From contig JAZDCZ010000178.1 in assembly GCA_036679605.1 (NCBI GenBank), positions 1-49,897 of the forward strand: DNA of 49,897 nt, in the 5' to 3' direction. This DNA is from Gemmatimonadota bacterium. Its GTDB lineage: Bacteria; Gemmatimonadota; Gemmatimonadetes; Gemmatimonadales; GWC2-71-9. The position numbers and the translations under genes were made by a program. The notes beneath the pieces were generated by a model. The model saw nothing but the letters and a program-made list of their open reading frames with translations. It did no database searches and was not told the origin of the DNA. This document shows, piece after piece, positions 8,783 through 19,800 of this stretch. Within the stretch, counting starts at the first letter, position 1, and each line of letters opens with the position of its first letter.

Positions 8783-11575
8783 CTATATTCCCAGCCAGTA
8801 GGTCGCCTTGATCAGGAAGATGTTGTCCGCGGAAGCACCGGTCAGTGCGTCGAAGTCTCGGCCGAAGTCGAGGTCGCCGAAAGGAGAAGTCGCGCTGCGA
8901 TCCTGAGTCCACACGAAGAAGAGCGTGGAGCCAGGGGTATACTCCCAGCGAAACACGAGATTCCCGCGCAGTGACCGGAAGTTGAAGTCCCGGTTCGAGA
9001 GCGAGAACTCCTGTGCTGGGCCAGTGCCGTCCGGGTCAATGAAGACGTTGCGCGCAGCACCCAGCCCTTCTTCTCGGGTGGTTCCGACGTCAACGCCGTA
9101 GACGCTCTTGGCAAGCCGGCGGGTCTGGTCGAACTCCTTGAAGCTCGAAAAATCGTTGGCCGAAATCAGCGGCTGCACGAACATCTCGAGCGTCATGGTC
9201 GGTGTGAACGTCACGTTGAGGCGGGTAGTCATCGAGAGCGATTTCTGATCGAGCTGCCCGAAAACATAGCGCCGCCCAAAGAACGCGGTCGCGGTGGGGT
9301 CATCGACAGCAGTTACGTACTGGTCGGGGTTTTTGGATTGGCTATAAGACGGACTCAGTGTCAGGTTCAAGTTGGAGGCCGGCTTGACCGTCACATTGAA
9401 ACCTAAGTTGTAGGAATTCCCTCCGTCTGCATCCCAACTGACTGACGGATTGAACCCGAAGATCAGCGGTTTGCGACTGTCCGTGTCGAGGTTGGCAGCT
9501 AGGAAACCTAACCCGGGCCTCTTCACCACAGGGCCGCCGCGGGTAAGGCGGTCGTCGAGCGTCTCGGGCTTATAGATCCCGAAAATGCTGAAGTTCCAGT
9601 AGAACGGCGTCTGGACAAAGAAGAAGCCGTGTACTTGCCTGTCCGTTCGGTCGCCGTCGAAGTTGAACTGCTGCTGCGCACCCACGATCGTAAAGACTTG
9701 TCGGTACCACGACCCCGGGACCGTCCACGAGCGTGTGATGTTGGTGTTCATCCAAATGAAGTCGGTACGGGTGAGAAAAGCGATGTCGTTGTTCTCGAAC
9801 CCGGGGCTCCGAACGTTGAGCGCTGTCTCAAACCCCCAATCTCCCGCGTCCTTGGCGACACGAGAGTAGAGACCCCATCCGCGCATGGAGGTCAGCGTGG
9901 AATCGAACCGGTCGCTGAACAGGCCGTTCCCACCACGCTGTCTATCGGGTCGTTGGAAGTAACGCGAACTCGACCGCTGTGCGCGGAGAATCGCCTCGGG
10001 GGAACCCGTGATGTTCGTGAACGCCGAGCTGAACAACAAGTGGTACGTGCGGTCGCCCCACCAGTACTCCCCGTCCAATCCAAAACTCTCGGCGCGCTCA
10101 TTTAGGAACCCTTGGAGAGCCGGATCGTCGAATGTACGAAATACCGACGTGGCAATCGTTCCGATCTGCAAATCTCCGTCGAGCAAGTCCTGCTTCACAC
10201 GGCCGACGAAGTAGCTGGTTGCCGGTTCGACCTCCTGCTTGAACTGTCCACCGGTCGTCCCGACCACCCGAGCCTTCTCACGCTGGGTGAGTGCACCTAG
10301 CACACCGATCGACGTGCCGCCGCTGGTCTTGCCGGTGATCTTGGCAGCGCCAAGGATGGTGCTCGCAGTGGGCACGTCGGCGAACTCCCCTGCACCGTCC
10401 GCGAGGAATCCACCTTGCGGTCGACGGCCGATGCGACGTGTGAACAACATTCCCAGAGACGATACGTTACTGCAGAATTGACACCAGAAGTTGCCGAATC
10501 CGAAGTTGCCGCGGCCCTCAATGAAGAATTCGCGCTTCTCGGGAAAGAAAGTCTCGAACGCACTCAGGTTCACAACCGCGGGGTCAACCTCGGCCTGGCC
10601 GAAGTCGGGGTTGATCGTCGCGCTCAACGTAAGGTTCGACGTCAGCAGGTACTTTACGTCAGCACCAATCCGATAATCCGACTGTCTCTTGCTAGTGAAC
10701 GGATTCGCTGCATCCAACTCGCCACCGTTCACATCCAGCTGACTAACCGCGTAGGGGCGAATCTCCAGTCGGGTCGTGCGCGCTTCGATCTGGCTAAGTC
10801 CGTCGAGGTGACCGAATCGGGGAGAACCGCCCGATTCGTTGAGACGCCAGAACGACCAGACGCTCACCTCGTTCAGACGCTGCACAAACCGCTGGACCTG
10901 TAGCCCCCACTCCTGGACCGAGTCCCTCGGGAACCGCAGCTGCGAGAAGGGGATCTCGAGTTCGGCCGTCCACCCCAACGAATCGATCTGCGCTCGGGCA
11001 CGCCAAACGGGATCCCAGGAGTCATCGAAATCGGATGCGTCACCCCTCACGCCCGCCGGATTGATCGAGAACCTTATCTGGCCGGTGTGATCGTGAAATG
11101 TGTCGAACGTAATCGTGAGCAGGTCGCTCTGTGTATTGGCGTCGCGCCGGACCAAGCGAGACACGACGCCCTTACCGCCCAACTCGTCGTACATTCGCGC
11201 ACCGACGTAAAGGATCGATCCGCTGTAAGCAAATCGGACCTCGGTGCGTTGTGTCGCCGGTTTCGCTTCGTTCGGCTCGCGCTGCGTGAACACAGTCACC
11301 GGCGGAGCGGTCTGCCAGATCGATTCGTCTAGCCGGCCGTCGAGTTGTATCTCGCGCTGGAGCCTCACCGCTCGCGCTCGCGGAGCGAGCCGATCGTGTT
11401 CCGCTGTGCCGGACGACGGGGTAACGACCGGTTCGGCATTGGGCTGGTTTGTTTGCGGCTTGCGCTTCATCTGGCCGTGCACCGGAGTCACCGACAGCGA
11501 GGCCATCAGAAAGACAACGACGATGCACAATGAAACGAGACGTGTTACGTTGCAGGCGGCAACAGAAGGCATCAT
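8783..11575 (-). CDS. DUF5916 outer-membrane protein with N-terminal CBM9-like domain
   Basis: IQLDGRLDESIW, GWTAELEIPFSQLRF, TINPDFGQAEVD...NLSAFETFFPEKREFFIEG, terminal FLIKATYW. Confidence 0.9.
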   Translation of the reverse strand: MMPSVAACNVTRLVSLCIVVVFLMASLSVTPVHGQMKRKPQTNQPNAEPVVTPSSGTAEHDRLAPRARAVRLQREIQLDGRLDESIWQTAPPVTVFTQREPNEAKPATQRTEVRFAYSGSILYVGARMYDELGGKGVVSRLVRRDANTQSDLLTITFDTFHDHTGQIRFSINPAGVRGDASDFDDSWDPVWRARAQIDSLGWTAELEIPFSQLRFPRDSVQEWGLQVQRFVQRLNEVSVWSFWRLNESGGSPRFGHLDGLSQIEARTTRLEIRPYAVSQLDVNGGELDAANPFTSKRQSDYRIGADVKYLLTSNLTLSATINPDFGQAEVDPAVVNLSAFETFFPEKREFFIEGRGNFGFGNFWCQFCSNVSSLGMLFTRRIGRRPQGGFLADGAGEFADVPTASTILGAAKITGKTSGGTSIGVLGALTQREKARVVGTTGGQFKQEVEPATSYFVGRVKQDLLDGDLQIGTIATSVFRTFDDPALQGFLNERAESFGLDGEYWWGDRTYHLLFSSAFTNITGSPEAILRAQRSSSRYFQRPDRQRGGNGLFSDRFDSTLTSMRGWGLYSRVAKDAGDWGFETALNVRSPGFENNDIAFLTRTDFIWMNTNITRSWTVPGSWYRQVFTIVGAQQQFNFDGDRTDRQVHGFFFVQTPFYWNFSIFGIYKPETLDDRLTRGGPVVKRPGLGFLAANLDTDSRKPLIFGFNPSVSWDADGGNSYNLGFNVTVKPASNLNLTLSPSYSQSKNPDQYVTAVDDPTATAFFGRRYVFGQLDQKSLSMTTRLNVTFTPTMTLEMFVQPLISANDFSSFKEFDQTRRLAKSVYGVDVGTTREEGLGAARNVFIDPDGTGPAQEFSLSNRDFNFRSLRGNLVFRWEYTPGSTLFFVWTQDRSATSPFGDLDFGRDFDALTGASADNIFLIKATYWLGI

Positions 11576-11658
11576 ACAGCCTTTGATTACAAGTGGCGTG
11601 TTGGTACTACATCTCCCAAATGATTAGATGCCGCGAGCGCGCGTAGGGTTGCACTGGG

Positions 11659-11672
11659 TAGTACTAGTACTA
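11659..11672. promoter_or_regulatory. Perfect 14-bp palindrome in divergent intergenic region
   Basis: TAGTACTAGTACTA between the divergent DUF5916 and SDR genes. Confidence 0.35.
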
Positions 11673-11771
11673 GTGGCCCGCAACCAAGGTTTGGGGCGAA
11701 GCAATCGGTTGCGACTGCCGCGTTTGCTGAGTATAGATGTGTCTGGTCACCACTTCGAACTCTGAGGAACA

Positions 11772-12473
11772 ATGCAACTGAAGGACGCGATCGCGTTGGT
11801 CACGGGTGGCAGTGAAGGCATCGGCCGGGGCATCGCCGCAGCACTCAAGGCGGAAGGAGGCAGCGTCACTATCACCGGTCGGCGCGAGGAAGCTCTGCGC
11901 GCCGCAGCCGAGGAGATGGGCGTTGAGTTCATTGCCGGCGACGTTGGCAGTGAAGCCGATGCAGTCCGAACGGTTGCCGCGGTAATCGAGAAGCACGGCC
12001 GGCTCGACATCCTGGTAAACAATGCCGGTTACGGAGTATTCAAACCGCTGATCGAAATGAAGCTCGAAGAGTTGGAGGGCGTCTATCGCACCAATGTATT
12101 CGGCGCTTTCTTGATGGCACGTGAAGCGGCGCGTCAGTTCGTCAAACAGGAAAGCGGCGAGCTGATCAACATTTCTTCCACGTCCGGTCTCAAGGGCGGT
12201 AGGGGGGGCACTGCGTACAGCTCATCCAAGTTTGCCTTGAGGGGTATGACGGAGTGCTGGCGTGACGAGCTACGTCGTCATAACGTTCGCGTGATGCTGG
12301 TAAACCCCAGCGAAGTGCTGACTCGGTTCGCATCGAAAGCCGGCGGCAAACAGGAGACTTCCGCAAAGAAGTTGCGCGTCGAGGAGATAGCCGACGCAAT
12401 CATCGGTGCCCTCAAGGTGGACAGCCGCGGATTCATCCCCGAGTTCTCCGTTTTCGCCACGAATTCGTTCTAG
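11772..12473 (+). CDS. SDR family oxidoreductase
   Basis: TGGSEGIG, NNAG, catalytic YSSSK. Confidence 0.95.
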   Translation: MQLKDAIALVTGGSEGIGRGIAAALKAEGGSVTITGRREEALRAAAEEMGVEFIAGDVGSEADAVRTVAAVIEKHGRLDILVNNAGYGVFKPLIEMKLEELEGVYRTNVFGAFLMAREAARQFVKQESGELINISSTSGLKGGRGGTAYSSSKFALRGMTECWRDELRRHNVRVMLVNPSEVLTRFASKAGGKQETSAKKLRVEEIADAIIGALKVDSRGFIPEFSVFATNSF

Positions 12474-12526
12474 GTCTTGCACGGAGTTCGACCGGTCGAC
12501 TCGATGCCACTTCTAGCCAATACCTG

Positions 12527-13132
12527 ATGCGCAAACTGCTTCTTCTTGTCAGCACTGTCACGATGGGGGCGTGCGTTAGGCCTGCCCCACCGCCACTGGT
12601 GTCCGCCGATCGTGGATGGAGCCAACGGGGTGTAGCCTCATGGTACGGCCCAGGCTTTCACGGAAAAACTACTGCGTCTGGAGAGCGCTACGACCAGAAC
12701 GCCATGACCGCGGCCCACAAGCAGCTCCCGTTTCACACCTGGGTGCGTGTCGAGAACCTGGACAACGGCAGAAGGACTGAAGTACGCATCACCGATCGAG
12801 GGCCGTTTGTCGCCGGGCGCATCATCGATCTGTCGCGCGCGGCCGCCCAGGCGATCGGCATGATCGCCACCGGAACGGCCAAGGTGAGAATCACGGTCAC
12901 CAGACCCGCACCCGAATCCAACTGCTTCCGGGTGCAGGTCGGGTCCTATGGGGAGCGCTCCAATGCCGAGGCTCGCGCCGACCGCATGCGGGCCGACGGT
13001 GAGCGACCCAGGCTCGAGCGCGGGCCACGCGGGGTCATTCGCGTGTTCATCGGTCCCTTTACTAGCCGCGCGGCAGCAGAGCGACACCGCCGCCGGTACG
13101 ACGGCGTCCTTGCGCCCTGCACGGGCCGCTAG
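12527..13132 (+). CDS. rlpA: Septal ring lytic transglycosylase RlpA-family lipoprotein with SPOR domain
   Basis: MGAC lipobox, GVASWYG..FHGKTTASGE, TAAHKQLPF, DRGPF...IIDLS, VQVGSY. Confidence 0.92.
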   Translation: MRKLLLLVSTVTMGACVRPAPPPLVSADRGWSQRGVASWYGPGFHGKTTASGERYDQNAMTAAHKQLPFHTWVRVENLDNGRRTEVRITDRGPFVAGRIIDLSRAAAQAIGMIATGTAKVRITVTRPAPESNCFRVQVGSYGERSNAEARADRMRADGERPRLERGPRGVIRVFIGPFTSRAAAERHRRRYDGVLAPCTGR

Positions 13133-13147
13133 CTACCAAGACACGAG

Positions 13148-14551
13148 TTAGAACGAAGACTTGGAACCCTTCGTCGTGTCCATGACGGCCTCAATCTCCT
13201 GCGCAGTGTACGGTAGTCCCTTGCTCAGGATCTCGAAGCCCGCCGACGTGATGAGTATCATGTCCTCCAAGTAGAACGCGTCCTTGCCAACTTCTATCAT
13301 CGGTTCGAAGGCGATGACCGATCCCGCCTCGAGTAGCGAACCGGGGTTCTCGCCGCTCTCGATGCCCACGCCGTGGATGTGCCACACACTGTTCCCCTGG
13401 GCCAGGATTGCGTCAGCCGCGTGCCGCCCGGTGTTCGTTTCGAGTTCTCCCCGGGCGTCCACCACTGCACGGGCGCTCGCTGCGCGCACTGTGTCGAGCG
13501 GCACACCGGCCGCCATGACGTTCATGCCTGCGCGATAGGCGCGGATCAGGAGATTCCAGGCTTCTCGCTGACCGCTTGAGAACGTACCGGAGACCGGGAG
13601 CGTGCGGCCCACGTCGCCCCCATACAATCCACCACCGCATCCAATATCGACGCGCACCAACTCACCGGGCTGCATGACACGATTCAGCTGATCGTAGTGA
13701 AAGAAAGCGTGGACCAAACGGCCCACGTGGGCGTTGGGTCCGGCCATTATCCAGGGCCAAAACGAAGGGCCCTGAGCACCAGACTCGATGCATGCGACCA
13801 CTACCGTTGCTTCGGCCTCGCGCTGAGTCATTCCCGGTCGGATTTGTTGGGCGACTGCGACAAGCGCGGTAGCCGTAGCCTTTGCGTTGCGCCGAAGAGC
13901 GGCTACTTCGGCCGGGGATTTTACCCAACGCATCACCTCAATAGGCGCCTTGGCACTTGCGAACCGCGCATCAGGAAAGCGCTCCTCCAAAGCAACCCGC
14001 CATTGCGCAAGCGGGCCCGCCACAGCCCGAAAGCCCGAAGGTACACCTGTGGCTTCCGGTCGCCGCGGCTCGTCCACGTACAATGTCTTCACGCCGTTGG
14101 ACAGTCGCCCATCCAACCAGTCGGCGAATTGGTCCCAAGATTCCACCGCATCGACACCGATCTTGTCGGCCGACGCCTCGCCCGGGATCGGAACGAGCCC
14201 GTCGACCGGGAATCCGAAGGACGTCGGTCGTGGCGGTACAAACAGCCGCGCCTCCTGGCGCGGTCCATCCAACGCCAAGATGGCGCCGGGTAGATCGGAA
14301 AGGCCCGTGAAGTAGAGAAACGACGGATCCTGGATGAATCCCCACTGTTCCATTTCCTTCTCGGCGGAGCGGGCGTGAAGCAACAGGATACCGTCGGAGA
14401 CAGTTTCCATAATCCGCTTGCGGCGGGAGGCGTATTCTTCAGCGGCGATCTGGGACACCTGGACTGACCTAGCGGAGGGCGTTTGCGCGACAGCCGTGCC
14501 CGCGCCCAGGGGAGTGCCCAGAGTCAGAACGATACCTAGTGCAAGAAACAT
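13148..14551 (-). CDS. Secreted Xaa-Pro aminopeptidase (M24 family)
   Basis: QDPSFLYFTG, RWVKSPAE, VRVDIG...GDVGRTLP, HGVG, FEP, EDMILIT; start moved to the ATG after GGGGAG, which begins a signal peptide. Confidence 0.88.
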   Translation of the reverse strand: MFLALGIVLTLGTPLGAGTAVAQTPSARSVQVSQIAAEEYASRRKRIMETVSDGILLLHARSAEKEMEQWGFIQDPSFLYFTGLSDLPGAILALDGPRQEARLFVPPRPTSFGFPVDGLVPIPGEASADKIGVDAVESWDQFADWLDGRLSNGVKTLYVDEPRRPEATGVPSGFRAVAGPLAQWRVALEERFPDARFASAKAPIEVMRWVKSPAEVAALRRNAKATATALVAVAQQIRPGMTQREAEATVVVACIESGAQGPSFWPWIMAGPNAHVGRLVHAFFHYDQLNRVMQPGELVRVDIGCGGGLYGGDVGRTLPVSGTFSSGQREAWNLLIRAYRAGMNVMAAGVPLDTVRAASARAVVDARGELETNTGRHAADAILAQGNSVWHIHGVGIESGENPGSLLEAGSVIAFEPMIEVGKDAFYLEDMILITSAGFEILSKGLPYTAQEIEAVMDTTKGSKSSF

Positions 14552-14603
14552 CGTTATCTCCCCTTCTGGAAATCGTCTTTCTTCTTGGTGTTGCCCGGTG
14601 TTA

Positions 14604-14825
14604 TTAGACCGTCCGCCGGCCTTCATGGATAAGATCGACGATTTCCTCGCGACTCAAATCCAACTTCACGCCCTTGACGCTCAAGGGCGACGACTTCGGT
14701 GTCTCCGGTCGGAGTACGAATACCTGGCCATCACGCCGACGGATTCTCACGCCACCGTCGCGGCGGGCATCTTCCAAGACTGACGCCAACTGCTGTCTTG
14801 CTTCCGAGTACGTATAGACCTTCAT
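14604..14825 (-). CDS. Phd/YefM-family antitoxin
   Basis: MKVYTYSEARQQLASVLEDA...GVRIRRRDG. Confidence 0.88.
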   Translation of the reverse strand: MKVYTYSEARQQLASVLEDARRDGGVRIRRRDGQVFVLRPETPKSSPLSVKGVKLDLSREEIVDLIHEGRRTV

Positions 14826-15227
14826 CTACACCTCCACAACATCCAGGCCTGCAAGTCCGGCCGCCTCAGTCAAGCCACCGTCCAGCGATAGAATAGGGCA
14901 GCGTTGCGTTTGAGCACATGCGAGCACGTAGGCGTCGTACGCGTAGATCTTCAATCGATCTGCCAGTTCCAACGAACTTTCCAAGTCGACCCCAATGAAC
15001 CGCAAAGGGATGTCTCCGTAGGCAGCGAGAGCCTTTCGGACTTGACTCATGCGAACTCGCTTGCGCTTGAACATCGCGGCGAACGCATTTCCAACCTCCC
15101 AATGCACGGATGCAGGGGCAAGCAACGCCGCTCCCCGCGTGATCTCGACCAGTCGCGATTTCGTCGATTCATTGACGAGGACGGCAATAATGGCGGATGT
15201 ATCGATCACCAGACGCATGGCTCTCAT
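14826..15227 (-). CDS. vapC: VapC PIN-domain toxin
   Basis: LVIDTSAII, WEVGNA, YAYDAYVL, LSLD acidic PIN residues; start at 15227 or 15218. Confidence 0.9.
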   Translation of the reverse strand: MRAMRLVIDTSAIIAVLVNESTKSRLVEITRGAALLAPASVHWEVGNAFAAMFKRKRVRMSQVRKALAAYGDIPLRFIGVDLESSLELADRLKIYAYDAYVLACAQTQRCPILSLDGGLTEAAGLAGLDVVEV

Positions 15228-15232
15228 AGAGT

Positions 15233-15254
15233 GTATTGTACAATTGTACAATAC
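15233..15254. promoter_or_regulatory. TA operator: perfect 22-bp palindrome with two TGTACA boxes
   Basis: GTATTGTACAATTGTACAATAC immediately upstream of vapC. Confidence 0.75.
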
Positions 15255-15499
15255 TCAATGCAGTCCCTCCGTGCAACCCTGCACTTCCAAGACTTGGCAC
15301 AATTCGGTCGGATCTTCGGTGTGGAGCAAGCGTTCCCGCCCTGTGCCCTACTCCGCTCTCAACACCTCAACCGGAGCGAAGACCGCCCCTTGTGGGTCCC
15401 CACCACCTGAAACTCCACGCAGGCCCCCGCCGTAATAGTATTACAGTGATGTGTCGTGAAATCGTATATCATTGACTAACAATCACTTAAGGAGAATAC

Positions 15500-15919
15500 G
15501 TGAGCGCCAAAGATGCTGCCGGCTTTTTCGAGCGCATGCAACAGGAACTGGAGCAGTGGGGAACGCGACTGGAGTCCCTGAGCTGCGATGACCTCACGCC
15601 GGACTGTATGAAGATCGTCTGCATGCCGGCCGGGCTGAAAGAAAGCCTAGACGAAATGGGCAAGCGACCCCGCGGGAACGTGGTCATGGTCCGCGTCGAT
15701 GACCCGACGAGCACGAAGCTCGACAGCTGGGTCCAGACGGGAGCCGTGAAGACACGCTCCGAGGCGGCGGCGCTCTTCATCCGCGAGGGCCTCAAGGTAC
15801 GGGAACAGGAACTCACCGATCTCGAGGCCGCCCTGCATCGCGTCGACGATGCAAAGGATGATCTACGTCGTCGGGCGCGGGAGGTATTTGGAACGGACGA
15901 ACCGAAGGGAGACAAATAA
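15500..15919 (+). CDS. Ribbon-helix-helix-like DNA-binding protein with coiled-coil tail
   Basis: NVVMVRVD...KLDSWV..G..KTRSEAAALFIREGL; TAAGGAG RBS; GTAATA-G-TATTAC inverted repeat at 15432-15444. Confidence 0.65.
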   Translation: MSAKDAAGFFERMQQELEQWGTRLESLSCDDLTPDCMKIVCMPAGLKESLDEMGKRPRGNVVMVRVDDPTSTKLDSWVQTGAVKTRSEAAALFIREGLKVREQELTDLEAALHRVDDAKDDLRRRAREVFGTDEPKGDK

Positions 15920-16197
15920 TGAACATGATAACCGTACTCGTGATTATTGGACTGGTGATGTGCTGCGGCGCGGTCACGCGGTTGTTTGCCCAAATGGGTG
16001 CTTCCCATCACCACCTGAACTCACGCTCCGATCGGTCAGTGGATGCGCTGGACGACCGATTCGCGGCACTGTCGGAAGTTCACCGTCAAGCCGAAGGAGA
16101 ACTCGAGGAACGCGTACTGGAACTCGAGGAGCGACTCGATTTCACGGAGCGGATGCTTGCCAACACAAACGTGCGCGCGGTTCGGAAAACGGGATGA
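15919..16197 (+). CDS. Small single-TM coiled-coil protein
   Basis: N-terminal TM helix, ERVLELEERLDFTERML tail, translationally coupled to the upstream gene. Confidence 0.7.
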   Translation: MNMITVLVIIGLVMCCGAVTRLFAQMGASHHHLNSRSDRSVDALDDRFAALSEVHRQAEGELEERVLELEERLDFTERMLANTNVRAVRKTG

Positions 16198-16257
16198 CGC
16201 TATAGCGGCCATCGCTTACCGATTCACCATCAATCAACAATCGAAAGAGACTGTAAA

Positions 16258-16812
16258 ATGTCGAAATACGGAACGGTTGGCAGAGAAGTGGGAGTTGTCG
16301 GCAGATGGATCAGGCTACTGATGGGAATATCTATAAGCTCCCTGGTGTTACTCGATTTTGTCGCCGGTACTCACACACATTCGCTCAGAACAAATATGCT
16401 AATCGTCTTGTTCTTCGTTGGCTTTATCTTTGCCTATCAGGCAGCATACTTGCTGATTGGTGAAAGAATAAAAGACAAGAGTCCATGGATCGCCACCGCG
16501 ATCTTCGTATTTCCAGCAATGTATTTTTCGTTCGTCAATGCGTTTCTTGTGCCCCCTGAACTGAGCTTTGGTTATCTGATCGGAATGCCATATGTCAACC
16601 ATCCTATCACGATAGCGATGCTGCTATACATTGGGATTTCATTCCCAATCCAATTCCTCACCAAGTACGGCGGCTGCGAAGTCATTGCAATCCAGAACTT
16701 GATCCACAAGAAGAATTATTCCTCTTATTGTGTCCCGCTCTTGCCTATCGATTTCCTGGAAAAAATCATCGTTGATGCGATCGCGGGGAGCAGAGAGACA
16801 AGAGCTGCATGA
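16258..16812 (+). CDS. Membrane protein, DUF6410-like
   Basis: GRWIRL, four hydrophobic segments, YGGCEVIAI.N...YC.PL.PID; visibly more AT-rich than its neighbours. Confidence 0.6.
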   Translation: MSKYGTVGREVGVVGRWIRLLMGISISSLVLLDFVAGTHTHSLRTNMLIVLFFVGFIFAYQAAYLLIGERIKDKSPWIATAIFVFPAMYFSFVNAFLVPPELSFGYLIGMPYVNHPITIAMLLYIGISFPIQFLTKYGGCEVIAIQNLIHKKNYSSYCVPLLPIDFLEKIIVDAIAGSRETRAA

Positions 16813-16819
16813 CCGCAGC

Positions 16820-19800
16820 CTAGCGCCCCCGCGCCAACTCTTGGAGCGCCCGCTGCGCCACCGTGACCTGATCGCGCAGCTCGGGATCGGAATCGGACCA
16901 GAGATCAAGAAATTGCCGGTAACGCTCGATGGCAGCCTCGGTGTTGCCGCGCGCCACCTCCAGCTCGGCCAGGCGGCGCAACGCGAACGGCAATTGTGAT
17001 AGCGAAAGGAACCCCCACGAGGTGCCTTCGGTCGTGCGACGGGGGTGAATCATCTCCTCCAGAGAGACGATCTCCGCGTTCGGGTCGCCCAGTTCTCTGG
17101 ACGCCTGCGCGCGCATGAGGTGGGCGTGCGATAGCCATCCCGATAGCTCGTAGCCGAGCGCATCTATCTGTTGCAATGCCGCAAGCACACCTTCCGCATC
17201 GCTTTCGGCCACGGATCGAGCGGCGCCGACCAACGCGTCGCCGTATTCTATCGTCCAGGGGACCGCACCAGACGGCTCCGGATACTTCTCCGCGAACCGC
17301 TCCTGCAGGTCGGTGTGTCCGAGCAGGCCGGCACCGACGCTCAGGGTCGACCGGTAGACCACCCGCGCAAACTCCCGGATGGAGTCAGCAGGAAAGCGAT
17401 CGAGTGCGGCCTCGAGTCGAGCCCGGGCCGCGGTAGGCCGCCCCCTGATCTGCTCGGCCAGCGCCACGCCGACCACGACGTTGGGATAGTCGAGATACAT
17501 CTGTTGCTCACCGTAGTACCGTCCCGCCGCCTCCATGCGATCGATGGCCTCACCGATCCGGCCGCGGGCGGCCGATACCGACCCGCATAAGCTTTGGTAT
17601 GCGGCCAAGCGCGCGGCACTGGCCGCCTTCGCAAGCGCCGAGTCACAAACCACGGCCGCTCGACTAAAATCTCCCGTGGCAACCGCGTGGAGGTGCGACC
17701 AGCGAGCCGCCAGCTCCTCGAATCCCTGCGCCCGGGTGACAGCGATGAGGCTGTCGGCCGCGTCCAGACGGTCCACCAGATAGGCCGCAGAGATCGCGTT
17801 GTTGTACCTCAATGCGCTGTACGGGTTCAAGGCGATGCCCTTGAGGTATGCCCTATACGCGCGCTCGTAATCGCCGAGGTAGCCACTTTGCAGCACAGCC
17901 AGGTTGTTCAGTGCACGGTCATCGTCAGGGTACTGCGCTAGCAGGACATCGTACACCTCGGCCGCGCGTCGAACATCGAAACGCTGGCTGTAGTAGCTGC
18001 CTTCGACATGCATCCGCTCCCGATCCGTCAAGCGGCCCCGCAACTCGTAGGCCCGCTGCGAATACTTCAAAGCCTGGACCTGTCTTTCCGAATTGCCATA
18101 CGCCACACCGGCAAGACGATAGGCCATGGCGAAACCTGTGTCGACACGAGTCGCCTCCACCGCCAGTTCGGCGGCTCGAGGGTAGTCGAGATCCACCTCC
18201 AGCGCCGCCTTCGCCACGGCATACTTGCGAAGCGCTTCCAGCGATGACGTGGTCACTTCCGGAAGCGGACGGCTCTGACGAATCGCGGCAGAGGCCTCAC
18301 CTAACCGGCTTCTCAGCTCGCGCGACAACGCTTCCACTCCCTCCAGCAAGCGCTCGGCCCGCGCCGCCGTCCGCACCGCGATGAGTTCCTGGCCGGTCCC
18401 CGGCTGGATGACCCGAGCGCTGAAGATGTAGTCATCCCCCAGGCGCGCGACTGCCGGCACAAGCACTGCCGCCATCCCTTCGCGCTGCGCGATTTCCAAC
18501 GCGACTGTCTCGTCCAGCCGCACCGTGTCTGGCAGCCCCATACGTAGCAGAACGGGGACGATCTGGTTGCGGCCCCGCACGTTCACGTACTGCGATTGCT
18601 GGAGATCGACACTCAACGCAGTTTGAGCGGCGAGCGCGATCTCTTTTTCGCTCTCCGCCGCAACGAACTCCGCCAACACGATCCAGGCTCGCTCTTCAAA
18701 TGCCTCACCCGCCACTCCATGGGCCTCCGTCACCCGAGCAGAGCCGCGGGCCACGATGACCGTGCTCAACATTCCCAGGGCGGCGAACGCCAGCGCACCG
18801 CCCAAGATCGCACGCGGCCAGGTCAGATGTCGGATGGCCGATTTCTCGGTCTGCACCGACCTGTCGCGCACGAACGCGGTTACCAGTACGATCGGGAGAC
18901 CGAGCAGCAGTAAGATGAGCGCCGCAGGGTGGACCCACTCGGGCAGCAGGTAGCGTGCGACGATCTGGGCGGTAACCCGCTGCACCACCCAGGAGGCACC
19001 CAAGTAGATGGTAAGAGTGATCATCGCAGCGCGAGCGCGGCCGCTGCGGAGCCTCACTGTCCTTGGCGTCGCGGTCGCTACAGTCGCCGCCGGCTCGCGC
19101 CTAGCCAACGCCTCGGCAAACTGTCCAACTGGGCTGAAGCGGTCCGCCGGCGTCTTGGCCAATGCCCGCGCCAGTGCCGCAACCACCTCGGCCGGCACTG
19201 CAGGCCGCAAATTCGTGATCGCCTGAGCCTCGACCGCCAGATGCTGCTGAATAACGCTCTCCACCGTGGGGCCGGTGAAAGGTGGCTGTCCCGCGAGCAT
19301 CTCGAACAACATGCAGCCCAGCGAGTAGAGATCGCTTCTGCCATCGAGGTCTTTCTCTCCCGCCGCCTGCTCCGGGCTCATGTAGCTCGGCGTGCCAATC
19401 GCGAGTCCCGTCTCCGTCAGCTTCTCGCCGCCCGCCGTGCCGATCGCGCGCGCAATCCCGAAGTCCGCCACGACCGCGTGCCCGCTCTCCAGCAGGATGT
19501 TCTCCGGCTTGATGTCGCGGTGCAGTACGTCGTGGCTGTGTGCGTATGAGAGCGCGTCCGCTACCTCGCGGGCAATCTGCACCGCGTCCTCTATGGGGAG
19601 TTGCTTCTCTCTGACTAGCCGGTCGCGTAGGGATTCGCCTTCCACAAGCGGCATCACGTAGAACAGGAAGCCGTCGGCTTCGCCCGAATCGAGCAGCGGC
19701 AAGATATGGGGATGCGTGAGGCGGGCGGTGATCTTGATCTCACGGAGGAACCGCTCTGGCCCGAGTGCATGAGCCAACTCGGGCTTCAGCACCTTGAGCG

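Noticed and set aside
14551..14626. Overlap between the M24 peptidase ORF and the antitoxin gene
   Set aside because: Artefact of the longest-ORF start; the RBS and signal peptide support 14551
15348..15430. Possible ABC-permease 3' remnant (...PVEVLRAE*) on the minus strand
   Set aside because: Only about 8 residues of resemblance, too short to support
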